Shown here in pieces: positions 24,098 to 36,432 of a DNA stretch of 64,000 bases; the stretch's first letter is position 1; every line of letters begins with the position of its first letter. This DNA is from Octopus sinensis (lineage: Eukaryota), in assembly GCF_006345805.1 (NCBI RefSeq), contig NC_043000.1, positions 16,244,001-16,308,000 on the forward strand. The letters are read 5' to 3'. Under the pieces are notes generated by a model. The model was given only the letters and a program-made list of their open reading frames with translations, ran no database searches and had not been told where the DNA came from. Made by a program: the position numbers and the translations under genes.

Positions 24098-24849
24098 CTG
24101 GAAAAAAAACCAAAAAAAAAAAACGAATTAGAACAATTAGAGTTTGATAAAACTTGCCATAATTTTATTCTCCTTATTACTAAAAGTTGACATTTTGCAT
24201 AGAGTACTGCAAATGTCAATGTATAAGATGACTGGGTATATAAGACAACCCCTGAAATTTCCATTTAAAATTCAGGTTTTGAACCACATTCACTGTATAA
24301 GATTTACCCAGCTACAGTTCAAAACTAGTTAACAAGTGTTGGGTTTGATTAAATTTAGGAAGCTTTTGGAAGACAGATGTATATGTTCTGTTATAATCTA
24401 CACTGAATCAAAGCCAACACTAGTAAACCACAGTTATATGAAGGTTAAGTTATGAAGGCCTCTACCTGGTGAATACGACAATGTCCCAATAGTCACAGAA
24501 ACACTGGAATATGGCACAAGTTTACTGCCAAAAGTTTACTATACCATTAGTTCTTTAACAATTATCTTTATAACCAAAGTTGATAAATATACAACTACGA
24601 ATGTATTTCAAGTATATAAGGCAGTGCTCCAGCATTGCCGCAGTCAAATGACTGAAACAAGTAAAACAATAAAAGAAAAAAACTCGCTGTCAATTATTTA
24701 CCATCATATGCATCAAAAGTGCTGAGCTGATGTAGCATCAGTACTCAGACATTGGATATTTTACAGGAACTAACATGGTGTTCAGTGTAATTTTACCATT
24801 TACTTGAAATGGGTTTACTAATTTATTTACAACCTGTATAATATTCTTT

Positions 24850-25690
24850 TCTACTCTCGGCACAAGACCTGAAATTTTGGGGGAGGGGACCAGTCAATTA
24901 GATTGACCCCAGTACGCAACTAGTACTTAATTTATCAACCCTGAAAGGATGAAAGGTCAAGTTGACCTCAGCAGAATTTGAACTCAGAAAGTAAAGACAG
25001 ACGAAATACCGCCTTAGTTGACCTCAGCAGAATTTGAACCCAGAATAAAAAAAAAAAACAGATAAAATACCTATTTCTTTACTACCCACAAGGGGCTAAA
25101 CACAGAGAGGACAAACAAGGACAGACAAACGGATTAAGTCAATTATATTGACCCCAGTGCGTAACTGGTACTTAATTTATTGACTCCGAAAGGATGAAAG
25201 GCAAAATCAACCTCGGTGGAATTTGAACTCACAACATAACGGCAGACAAAATTTGGCTATGCATTTCGCCCAGCGTGCTAACGTTTCGGCCAGCTCGCCA
25301 CCTCAGGTTGACCTCGGCAGAATTTGAACCCAGAACGTAAAAACAGACAAAATACCTATTTCTTTATTACCCACAAGGGGCTAAACACAGAGGGGACAAA
25401 CAAGGACAGACATAGGTATTAAGTCGATTACATCGACCCCAGTGCGTAACTGGTACTTAATTTATCGACCCCGAAAGGATGAAAGGCAAAGTCGACCTTG
25501 GCGGAATTTGAACTCAGAACGTAATGGTAGACGAAATACCGCTAAGCATTTCGCCCAGCGTGCTAACGTTTCTGCCAGCTCGCCACCTCAGGTTGACCTC
25601 GGCAGAATTTGAACCCAGAACGTAAAAACAGACAAAATACCGCTAAGCATTTCGCCTAGTGTGCTAACATTTCTACCAGCTCGCTGCCTG
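24850..25690 (-). mobile_element. Tandem, nested cluster of SINE family 2 (period about 283 bp)
   Basis: Two full copies (about 25071-25303 and 25354-25587), each adjoining the same ~50-bp segment gttgacctcggcagaatttgaacccagaacgtaaaaacagacaaaatacc. Confidence 0.85.
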
Positions 25691-26072
25691 TATAATATTG
25701 TAAGTGTAGCCTTGATTACCACCGATTGCTGGTGTTTACATGACTTGTGCTGTGAGGTTGAAATATATTTTATATGGATTTATATACTTCAACCCATCAA
25801 CCAGTGAATAGAAGATATGTGAAGGCACCTGATCAAGTAAATACATGACAGTGGAAGCTTCAAAGGAGTGGGCCTCAAATTTCGTGTTAATGAATCTACC
25901 AGTTATTCCATTTATAAAGTGTGTGATGAGGATTCATTTATTACTATGTTTTTTTTGGAACCAAGCCCCATTATAAAGCAGGAGAGATATAATGTAATAT
26001 ATTAGAAATTTTGGTAAACAGCAATTTATAAACAATTCTGCTTCAAAAAAAATCAATATGGTTAAGAAGCTC

Positions 26073-26468
26073 GGGATCTTTTTGGTTTGAACGGCAGTTT
26101 TTTAAAATAATTTCCACGTAACTAAACACTTTTAAACTTTGTATACTGGTAAAATATGTTTATAAAACATCTTCTCTTGGCTTTATTGAGAAAATTCTAT
26201 AGTTTGTAAGATATTTGTTGTTTTTTTTCTTCAATTTCAACTAATCAATAACGTCTATTGAGGAAAAAAAAAACATTCTGTGCTGTATGAATATGTCCCT
26301 CATTTAAGAAACAGATTGGGTTTATTTACATTTCTAAAGAAAAAAAGATACCTTTCCCCCCACCCCTAAAACATTGAAATGCAATAGATCGATACTAGGG
26401 TCATAATTATGGGTGACAGTCTCATATGACACCGCTAGAAAAAACTGCCGTTCAAACAGAAAGATCCC
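26073..26468. mobile_element. ~400-bp MITE with GGGATC...GATCCC TIRs, copy 2
   Basis: gggatctttttggtttgaacggcag ... ctgccgttcaaacagaaagatccc; collinear with 7487-7895. Confidence 0.8.
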
Positions 26469-27410
26469 AGAATTTTACTTGGTGTTTATGGCAACTCCTG
26501 GCTTTCGAGCAACATTTTTTTTTTTTTTAAGTTTTCAATTCCAACATACACAGTAACCAAAGTTACAACACCAAAATCACTTTAAAATATTGCGCAATAT
26601 TTCACTATAAATTCTCACACTAACAAAATGTAATGAGGGTGGTACGTGTTTTAATCTACGAAGTCGAAGGGACTATTTGAATGAGAAGGAAGTTAATGTT
26701 AAAAGGAAATGATTATCAGGAGCACACATAGATATGTTTAGTGGCAAAAGAGGTGGGGAATAAAAAGCAGAACACTGTATGAAGCAAGCAGTTTATAAAT
26801 AGAGGTAATCTGCAGAGTCTTACCACTTAAGTTGACATCATTCAACTGCAGTAACAGCTGATCACAATCACTGCCCACTTATTACAGTTTTCATAATGGA
26901 CTGTTGTTGGGTGGTCAGGTGATTAACTGGCCATCAATGGGGCTTGAATCTCGGGTTGAAATTTCACGTCAAGAACACTAATAGCCAGGACATACTGCAA
27001 AGCATCCAATCCATTGCTCTGGACTGGTGCACTATTAATCTACTGTGGAAGGATGAAAGCCAAAGATGAACTCGGAATTCTGAGAATCAGAATAATGGAG
27101 TGAAGCATTCTATCTGATTCTCTAGTGACTAACAATTCTCCACCTAACTAAATATAGCGCAACCCAATAGATAAGCATAAAAATTTAGTTCACTTGCACT
27201 TTATGTTTAAGATTTCATTTGAGATTCCTTTCTCAGTCGTTACTATTAAGGATATGATCCCCACAGTAGATGCTGTCTGTTAACTTCTCATTCCCCAACA
27301 ACATATATACAACTGGTTCGCAACATTTCCTTAGATACACAAAGAATTCTGTAATACCTTTAGAAAGATATGGGATTCATGAACTATGAATACCTTAAAA
27401 CATCTGCTCA

Positions 27411-27422
27411 CTGCTGCTGCTG

Positions 27423-27461
<39 letters not shown>

Positions 27462-27472
27462 ATAATAATAAT
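27411..27472. repeat. (CTG)n(CTA)n(AAT)n compound trinucleotide repeat (SINE tail-derived)
   Basis: Directly abuts the 3' end of a minus-strand SINE family 2 variant. Confidence 0.9.
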
Positions 27473-28400
27473 CCTTTCTACAAGAAGCACAAGACCTCAA
27501 ATTTGGGGGAAGGGATTAAGTCGATTACATTGATCCCAGTGCGTAATTGGTACTTCTTTAATCAACCCCAAAAGGATGAATAGCGAAATCAACCCTGGTG
27601 GAATTTGAACTTAGAATGTAGTAGACAAAATACCAATTTATTTACTACCAACAAGGGGCTAAACACAGAAAACAAAGGAGGACAGACAAACGGATTAAGT
27701 CAATTATATCGACCCCAGTGCATAACTGGTACTTAATTTATCGACCCCCGAAAGGATGAAAGGCAAAGCCGACCTCAGCGGCAGACTAAATACCTATTTC
27801 TTTATTACCCACAAGGGGCTAAACACAGAGGGGACAAACAAGGACAGACATAGTTATTAAGTCGATTACATCGACCCCAGTGCGTAACTGGTACTTAATT
27901 TATCGACCCCGAAAGGATGAAAGGCAAAGTCGACCTCGGCGGAATTTGAACTCACAACGTAACGCAGACTAAATACCGCTTAGCATTTCGCCCGGTGTGC
28001 TAACAATTCTGCCAACTCGCTGCCTTACTACTACTACCACTACTATTAATAACAATAATAATAGTAGAAATCCTTTCTATAGGCACAAGGTCTGAAATTT
28101 GTGGGAAGAGGCTAGTTGAGCACACCAACCCCAGCAGTACTTATTTTACTGACCTTGAAAGGATGAAAGATAAAAATCAACCTTAGTGGAATTAATAATT
28201 CTTTCTACAATAGGAACATGGCCTGAAATTTTGGGGGATGAATTTGTCAATGTAACTGAGCCAAGTGCCTCAACTTCTATTCAAAAGATGAGAAGTAAAA
28301 CTGACCATGCCAGAATTTGAATTTAAAACACAAAGAGCAGGAAAAAAATGCCATTAAGCATTTTGTCTGATGTTGTAATGATTCTGTAAGCTAACTACCT
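27473..28400 (-). mobile_element. Second nested or tandem cluster of SINE family 2 copies and fragments
   Basis: Junctions at aaatacc|aatttatttac (about 27634) and aaatacc|tatttc (about 27794); older fragments to 28400. Confidence 0.8.
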
Positions 28401-28496
28401 TAACAACAATAATGATTTCTACTGGATGGTGCAATACAAAAGAGAAATGGAAAGAAGCTACACTGCCAACTTATTCCATCAATGTCAACAAGGTAT

Positions 28497-28858
28497 ACTC
28501 TTTACTCTTTTACTTGTTTCAGTCATTTGACTGCGGCCATGCTGGAGCACCGCCTTTAGCCGAGCAAATCGACCCCGGAACTTATTCTTTGTAAGCCCAG
28601 TACTTATTCTATCGGTCTCTTTTGCCGAACCGCTAGGTGTCGGGGACGTAAACACACCAGCATCGGTTGTCAAGCAATGCTAGGGGGACAAACACAGACA
28701 CACAAACACACACATACATATACATATATATACACATATATACGACGGGCTTCTTTCAGTTTCCGTCTACCAAATCCACTCACAAGCCATTGGTCGACCC
28801 GAGGCTATAGTAGAAGACACTTGCCCAAGATGCCACGCAGTGGGACTGAACCCGGAAC
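28497..28858 (-). mobile_element. SINE family 1, head-truncated
   Basis: Reverse-complement family-1 body ending at gaacccggaacca. Confidence 0.85.
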
Positions 28859-29196
28859 CAACCCTTTAATTTGAGGTTGTGTAAAGGATTAAAACAATTA
28901 TATGCATGGTGGAGTCATTACAGACAAAAATATCCTCACATATTTACTTTCACATTACTATTTTGGAATACAACTTGGGCCAAAACAAATGGTTAAAACC
29001 AATAAAAGTATATTAGATATCAAAGTAAGGAAGGTCAGTGGGCTGTCAGAATTCTTAGCATGCTGGACAAAATGTTGTGTTCAGAGTTTGCTGGCATGGG
29101 TTAGGCCTGTCTTTAGAGGCAGTATTGTATGGTTAGATGCTCCTTTTGCCAAACTCCTCATCAAGTAAGGCACTTTTGTTCTTTTGGTCTTTATAG

Positions 29197-29686
29197 CAGG
29201 GCTGTGGAGTCAAAACAAAAAACTGCAACTCCAACTCCTGTACTATTGGCACTTCCGACTCCTCTTTATATAATCAAGTGATTGTGGTCTACATATCTCA
29301 TAAAGCATATGCATACACTTGTACTTTGAGTAGGCCTATATGTTATAACTGGTTTATATTAAAGAATGAAGACATTGTGAGTCGGAATCAGAGTCAGTGT
29401 AGTTTTACTGACTGACTCCGGCTACCCCTTAACTCTTTCGCTACCGTATTTATTTTGAGATGCTCTGTGTTTCTTTCAATTACTTTAAATGTAACAAAGA
29501 ATTTAGTAAAATAACTTAGTTATCATTCAGCTAGTGTTAGGAACATAAATTGTAACTAAGGTTTGGTGGAAGATTTTAATTCAAAACTTATGAAAACAAG
29601 ACATTTATACTACAGAGCCAGAGCCAGTTTTAGCCGGGTTGGTAACGAAAGGGTTAATTGTTTCCAACTCTGACTCCATAGCCCTG
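29197..29686. mobile_element. hAT-type MITE with perfect 8-bp TSD, containing a nested piggyBac-like MITE
   Basis: TIR cagggctgtggagtc ... gactccatagccctg; TSD ctttatag at 29189-29196 and 29687-29694. Confidence 0.85.
29433..29653. mobile_element. piggyBac-like MITE (subfamily B)
   Basis: TTAA|ctctttcgctacc ... ggtaacgaaaggg|TTAA. Confidence 0.8.
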
Positions 29687-30280
29687 CTTTATAGGCCAAA
29701 TCATAAACTGCACAGCATAAACAAACATCACTGTTGCCAATGCAAATAAATACAGACACACACGACTCTCTATAATGTTTCTATCAACATCACTCACAAG
29801 GCATAAGGCTAACCCAAGGCTTTAGAAGACACTCAAGTGCTGCATAGTGAGACTGAACCTGAAACCACGTGGTTGTGAAGCAAACTTCTTAAGCACACAG
29901 CCATACCTGTGAAATATTTACAAGTTTACTATCATTACTGCTTCTACAGCAACAGATGTAGAAGTAACAACAAAAAACAGAAAGGGAGTTTTCAAAAACT
30001 TCCCCCCTTTACAAAAAATAGTTTGGCTTTCAGAAAATGCTTACTATATTTTTATATATTTCTATGATTTTTGTATAAGCCTACTTTATTATAATTACAG
30101 CTAAAAACTTTCCTGCAAAATTACACAAAAGTCAATTCCTTGGTTACTAAGATTCACTTTGAAAACTGCTTAAATTACCCATGTATACATAAACACACAC
30201 AAAGCCTATGTGAATTTCTTTAAAATTAGTCACAAGGCAAAACCTAGCTACCGTGTCAACATGTCCATTCACTAATAATG

Positions 30281-30535
30281 TTCATCATCATCATCGTTTA
30301 ACGTCCGTTTTCCATGCTAGCATGGGTTGGACAGTCCAACCGGGGTCTGGGAAGCCAGGAGGCTGCACCAGGCTCTAATCTGATCAGGCAGTGTTTCTAC
30401 AGCTGGATGCCCTTCCAAATGCCAACCACTCCGTGAGTGTAGTGGGTGCTTTTTACGTGCCACCGGCACAGGGGCCAGAGGAGGCTGGCAACAGCCACGA
30501 TCGGTTAGTGCTTTTTACGTGCCACCAGCATGGAA
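30281..30535 (-). mobile_element. RTE-like 3'-end element
   Basis: catcatcatcatcgtttaacgtccg tail; two gtgcttttttacgtgccacc units. Confidence 0.75.
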
Positions 30536-31439
30536 TCCAGTCATTGTTATTGCTATATATTGTTTAGCTGATCAATGATAATTTATAACAACCACACACA
30601 CTCACAAACACAAAAAGAAAGCTAGTCAAAATAACAAGCCAAACTGTTAAGTCACTGTGCCCATTCTCTCCTAGTAATTTTGCTACATATCATTTACTTC
30701 ACTAATGACAATTTATAACATGCAGCTTGGTGTGACATGGTTCATATGTAAGTAGTAAAGATAGTTAATAAATCAGTACACTTCTGAGAATAGAAGCAAT
30801 CACATATGCCTCCAGCAGCATTTGTAGCAGGCATGTGAGGTTGTCTGTGTAATATCTGACCTTACTACTAAACCAGTCTAAACGACTTTTGGCACTCAGC
30901 CAAGGGATTCTAATTTGCAGATTCATTGATGAGAATATGGTCGATGGAATGCCTGCACAGAACCTTCAAGAGATAAACAAGGTCTTTTAAAACAATATGC
31001 CAACTAGCTAGCATTGTAGACTTGTAACTGCAGTGCTGCATATGGGCAAACTGTATCTTCAGTTAGTCTACATGCGCTAAAAAGTAAGTGCATGTCTAGT
31101 GTATTTGGAGATTTATCACAAGTTGAACAATGAAGAATTTGGAAGAGCAATGTGCTTGTGTGGAAAGGAAGCTAGTCAAAATAACAAGCCAAACTGTTAA
31201 GTTACTATGCCCAGTCTCTCATAATAGTTTTTATTGTTACTAAAATTAATTGAAACAAATGCAGTGTAGTTCAACAGAAATATAGTAACAAAAAAACAAA
31301 AAAAAAAAAAGCAGAAACAAAGAACACATAACACACACCACTGGAATGGCCATATTCATTCTGCAGAAAAGGATGAAGTAGGAATTATACAGTTAAACTA
31401 GGAGAAGCACAAGTCAACTGAATTACTTCCAAAATCTAA

Positions 31440-31790
31440 AAAGACTCCTTAGAAGTAGTTGACAATGTTTGTTGTTAACAAGGTGATCTAATCAACAGTA
31501 GAGGAAGGTGTTTTGAAAGCAAAATAGCTAAGAATAGAATTGGAAATGCCTAGAGAGGACTTACCTCTGCTGGCAACCATGGGACTGTCTCTGAGAAAGG
31601 GGCAGATTGTATGATGCTTGTGTATTAAGTAAAATATTGTATGGGATTGACAGATGGATGTTGAATTCAGAGGTTTGTGAAGGCTTGAAATAAATGAGGC
31701 AAGAGTACTCCTCTGGATGTATAAAATTAGTGTGAACGAACAATTTGTGTCAACAGTGAATTGTAACAAATTAATGGAGAGAGAAAAAAA
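31440..31790 (-). mobile_element. Degraded LINE endonuclease-region fragment
   Basis: Minus translation loosely resembles an APE-type endonuclease region (LYIQRS...HKHH...); heavily decayed. Confidence 0.4.
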
Positions 31791-32284
31791 TGGGCATAAG
31801 GATAATAACGTGAGGGGGGGGGGGGTGCTAAAAGACCCAGAGTGGAAAGAATCTGTGTAAGAAACTATGAAAAGTTGGCCTCAGGTTCTAACCTAAAAAA
31901 ATTTTTTAAATAAAAAAGATGAAAAGGGGCTGCAATGAGTGATAAGATGTGGAGATCTGCCTGATCCAGGCAAGCATTGCAAAACAGCTTCAACATTGCC
32001 TTGTTTTCTCATTGCATGTGCCCAGCAGTAGAGTTGCCACATAGATAAAAACAATTAACCTCTACAAACACAAAATAAGATGTGTGTGTGCGTGTGTAGA
32101 TAAGCTTACAGATATAGATATTAAAATATACTTTTAATGTAGACTTTAATGTAAAAAGGGTAAAGACACTCTTCGGTCATGAATGACCATGGCATTGCCC
32201 CCAGAAAGTTACCCCCCAAGGCACAAGTCCGGGCATGATATTTTTAATGTATGGTTTTATTATTAGTGTATAATGAATTATATG

Positions 32285-32604
32285 TGAGGGCATGTAGCTT
32301 AGTGGTTAGGGCATTCGGCTCACGATTATAAGGTTGTGAGTTCGATTCCTGGTGACGCGTTATGTCCTTGAGCAAGACACTTTATTTCATGTTGCTCCAG
32401 TCCAGTCAGCTGGCAAAAACTAGTACCTGTATTTCAAAAAAGGGCCAGCCTTGTCACACTCTGTGTCACGCTGAATCTCCTTGCGAACTACATTAAGGGT
32501 ACACGAGTCTGTGGAATGCTCAGCCACTTGCACGTTAATTTCACGAGCAAGCTGTTCCATTGATCATATCAGCTGGGACCCTTGTCGTAACCGACGGAGC
32601 ATTC
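32285..32604 (+). mobile_element. SINE family 3 variant with 17-bp TSD
   Basis: tRNA-like head gcatgtagcttagtggttagg...gagttcgattcc; TSD tgtataatgaattatat on both sides. Confidence 0.85.
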
Positions 32605-33225
32605 CTGTATAATGAATTATATACTACATTGAAAAACAAAACTCCACAAACACCTTCATTCTATGCCACCACACAGTGATCAAACAAAATTTCCGTTGGC
32701 AGACACTCACTGAATGAGAGAATATCTTGTAAATACAATTTTCTCTCAAGTGATCTGAAGAGATGTTAACATGGCAGAATGCATAGTATTGATTTGTGGC
32801 TGAACGAAGGAAAGAAATTCAATTTCATTCTTCAGTTATTGAAGGCCTGACACAGTCAAGATTTTAACAAAAAAAATCTTATCTAATCAATGATCAATCT
32901 TTGGTTTAAGACAACATATCACATAAAATGTACGAGGGAAATAGAGGGAGATGCGAAAGAAGAGTGAGAAATGAACAGTATGGGAAGAAAAGAGTCATCT
33001 GGAAATACTAATATAATAATGCTGTCTCCATCAGAGAACTATACACATGACTGTACATAATATATAATGGATTATATGCTAAAAAGTACTGATGTTCACA
33101 GAAACTCATAATCTCAAATTATTCTAATGAGTTAACAAAAAACAATTTTCAATGCACAGTTAGTTTTCATGGAACACTTCTCAAACTGAATTAAATAGCA
33201 TTAAAGGAACTGTTGTTGAATTATA

Positions 33226-33585
33226 TCTTTATATATAAAAGTGAAGTTGTGTGAGTGTCTGTCTCCTACGATTTAGATTCCTTACTCCCACATTTTGCGG
33301 TGCAGTTTAACCAAAACCGGGTATCTTATAGTCGTGATTCATATCGAGCGTCTACGATTAAAAAAAAAATTTACCATAATTTTTTCCCATTTAAATGCAT
33401 TTTTTTCGCTATTATATAAGGGAAGTAACTCTCTAAAAATGTCTACGATGCGTCAACGATTTAAAAAAAAAAATTTATCATCATTTTCCCCCATTTTTAA
33501 TGCATTTTTTTGGCTATAACTCTCTAAAAATGCTTATATAGTTATTTCCTTTACAAACCCGAGCAACGCCGGGCGATACTGCTAG
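33226..33585 (+). mobile_element. Non-autonomous Helitron with internal ~95-bp tandem duplication
   Basis: A|TC start; ends aaacccgagcaacgccgggcgatactgCTAG|T. Confidence 0.75.
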
Positions 33586-33861
33586 TACATTATAATTCTA
33601 TTCTTATAACTGACATTGCTAGAAGAAAGAGAGGAAAATCTGTTTTAACCGACTGGTCTTATCCAAAATTACTTATAAATAAAACTGCTCAAAGAAAAAT
33701 ATATAAACAAGAAAACAGGGATTAATAATTTCATTATAGCAATTTAAATTTTTATTATGTTTACAAAAATTTATACTGGACAGTAGTATATTATGAAATA
33801 AATTTATATTTACATAGAAATAATTTCAAAATGTATTCCCCAGTTTTAACTTTTATAAGTA

Positions 33862-34256
33862 CTAGCAGTATCGCCCAGCGTTGCTCGGGTTTGTTTCGAC
33901 CCTTTAGAATTGGAATTTTTGAAAAGTAAAATTTTGCATTATGTAGCTTGTTATTCTCTTTAAGTGAACATTTTTCTGGTTGAAATGCACCGAAAAAATG
34001 GCGACACAGCAGTCAAAAAATCATTAAAAATAGGGATTTTCACAGAAAATAACGCACCTTTTTGATGTAAATAATTTTTGGTCTTAACATGGTCCGATTT
34101 GAATTTTTTCTTCTAGGGAAGGAAGAGCTACCCTTCTTCTATCATACTCTCAATTTTGGTCAACTTGTGCCGCAGGATCTCGGAGGAGATAGTGTTAGTT
34201 GAAGGCTACCAAACCTGCCATACACAGACAACTTCAGCTATATATGTATATAGAGA
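33862..34256 (-). mobile_element. Non-autonomous Helitron (different body, same 3' end)
   Basis: Minus strand TC start, ends aaacccgagcaacgctgggcgatactgCTAG|T. Confidence 0.75.
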
Positions 34257-35446
34257 TATTCTGTGAGCTTTATGACCAAAATGACCTTTAATCCTTCAAA
34301 AGATTCTCTTTCACATTATAATGGGAGTTTTAGTCTCCAAATAAACCAAATACCACTACATGTCTCCTAAATATGGTTGATACACTGACAGAAATACTGA
34401 TTTCAAATCTTGGCACAAGGCCAGCAATTTTAGGAGATGGGTCAAGTTCATTACATCAACCCTGGTGCTCAACTGGTACTTAATTTATTACACTGACAGA
34501 TATATTAAAAACCAAAAGTAGTTCGTTACTGAATCAGATTGAAATTTAAAGGAAAGAGTTCAAGCTGATAAAATTGTATTCTTGTTAAAATCCTACATTG
34601 CTTTAATTTCAATGTTGTGTTTAATTTTAGGTTTTAAAGTCTATTTCTAAAATGATAAAACAAAATCTGACATTATGTCAGCCTGTAAAGTAATGAGAAC
34701 ATTATCTATTATATTGAATCATTTTAAGAACTAGCTTTAACAAATATGGACATTTAATTGCACATTAATAATTTTTTACGTGTGTCACAAAGAAAGAAGA
34801 ATTAAGATGGATTCTTCAAGCTGAACCAACCGGCACAAGACCAAGAATGCAATTGCCAAATAATACCCATAGTCTTAGTTTGTCATATTTGAGAATCCAG
34901 TAGGAAAGTGTAATGATGGTGCATTTTATAAGATACTGTGGAAGAAGTGCCCCAGGACTCTACCTCCACAATCCTCCCAGGAACATGGAGAAGATGGATT
35001 AATGTCAAAGAGACTGTAATCACTTAAAAACCTTAAGGAGTGGCAGCTGACCTGAGGGGGTGTCTCCTAAACTTAGAGGGGCCAGTGTCCAACACAGATT
35101 ACTACCCAGTTTTAGTTTCCTGATGAACATATTAAAGACAAAATGCCAATTCAGTAAGATTTGTAATTAACCAAGGTAACAGTCCTTGAGGATAAGCTAT
35201 CCAATCCCCATAACCAGGTAAAATGAGGCAATAAAGAAGAATAAAGTGAACTGTTCCGACACTAAATGTGTGTGTCCAGTGGATTTTTAGGATTATAGAC
35301 CATACTCATATTAATTTGGCCAATTTATCTCTGAGCTATAAATAGGTGGCGAGCCGTCAGAATCGTTAGCACGCGGGGCAAAACGCTTAGTGGTATTCCA
35401 CCCATCACTACCTTCTGAGTTCAAATCTCACCGAGACTGAATTTAT

Positions 35447-35818
35447 AGGCGCAGGAGTGGCTGTGTGGTAAGTAGCTTGCTTACCAACCACATGGTTCCG
35501 GGTTCAGTCCCACTGCGTGGCACCTTGGGCAAGTGTCTTCTTCTATAGCCTCAGGCCGACCAGAGCCTTGTGAGTGGATTTGGTAGACGGAAACTGAAAG
35601 AAGCCCGTTGTATATATATATGTGTTTGTCCCCTTGCCCCAACATCGCTTGACAACCAATGCTAGTGTGTTTACGTCCCCATAACTTAGCGGTTTGGCAA
35701 AAAAAGACCTATAGAATAAGTACTAGGCTTACAAAGAATAAGTCCTGGGGTCGATTTGCTTGACTAAAGGTAGCGCTTCAGCATGGCCGCAGTCAAATGA
35801 CTGAAACAAGTAAAAGAG
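35447..35818 (+). mobile_element. SINE family 1 directly following a family-2 head (about 35345-35440)
   Basis: Full family-1 head and tail; preceded by ggtggcgagccgtcagaatcgttagc. Confidence 0.85.
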
Positions 35819-36043
35819 CTATCAAAAGGATATTAGTTTGCAAAATAAAGTATATCATAAAGCCAGTTCTTCAGTGACAGTAAAACATGCAAGAGAACTA
35901 TTCTAATTTTTCTTTCTAAAATTTTATCAACCTTGTCGTTCCTGTGCTGAACAGTTTTCAACAGTTTAATCTTAATCTATCAGCTCATGATGATGTCCTT
36001 TTACTCCATATATACTTTCCACCACCACGCTAGACTTGAACTA

Positions 36044-36432
36044 AAGGAGTGGCTGTGTGGTAAGTAGCTTGTCTACCAACCACATGGTTCCGGGTTCAGT
36101 CCCACTGCGTGACACCTCGGGCAAGTGTCTTCTACTATAGCCTCGGGCCGACCAATGCCTTGTGAGTGGATTTGGTAAACGGAAACTGAAAGAAGCCGTC
36201 GTATATATGTATGTATATATATATATGCGTGTGTGTGTTTGTGTTTGTCCCCTAGCATTGCTTGACAACCGATGCTGGTGTGTTTATGTCCCCGTTACTT
36301 AGCGGTTCGGCAAAAGAGACCGATAGAATAAGTACTGGGCTTACAAAAGAACAAGTCCCAGGGTCGAGTTGCTCGATTAAAAGGCGGTGCTCCAGCATGG
36401 CCGCAGTCATTTGACTGAAACAAGTAAAAGAG
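36044..36432 (+). mobile_element. SINE family 1
   Basis: Full head, microsatellite spacer and tail. Confidence 0.9.

Noticed and set aside
24098-24264. N-terminal part of the 106-aa ORF (MEISGVV...)
   Set aside because: Intronic read-through upstream of the acceptor; Mrt4 similarity starts at the AG.
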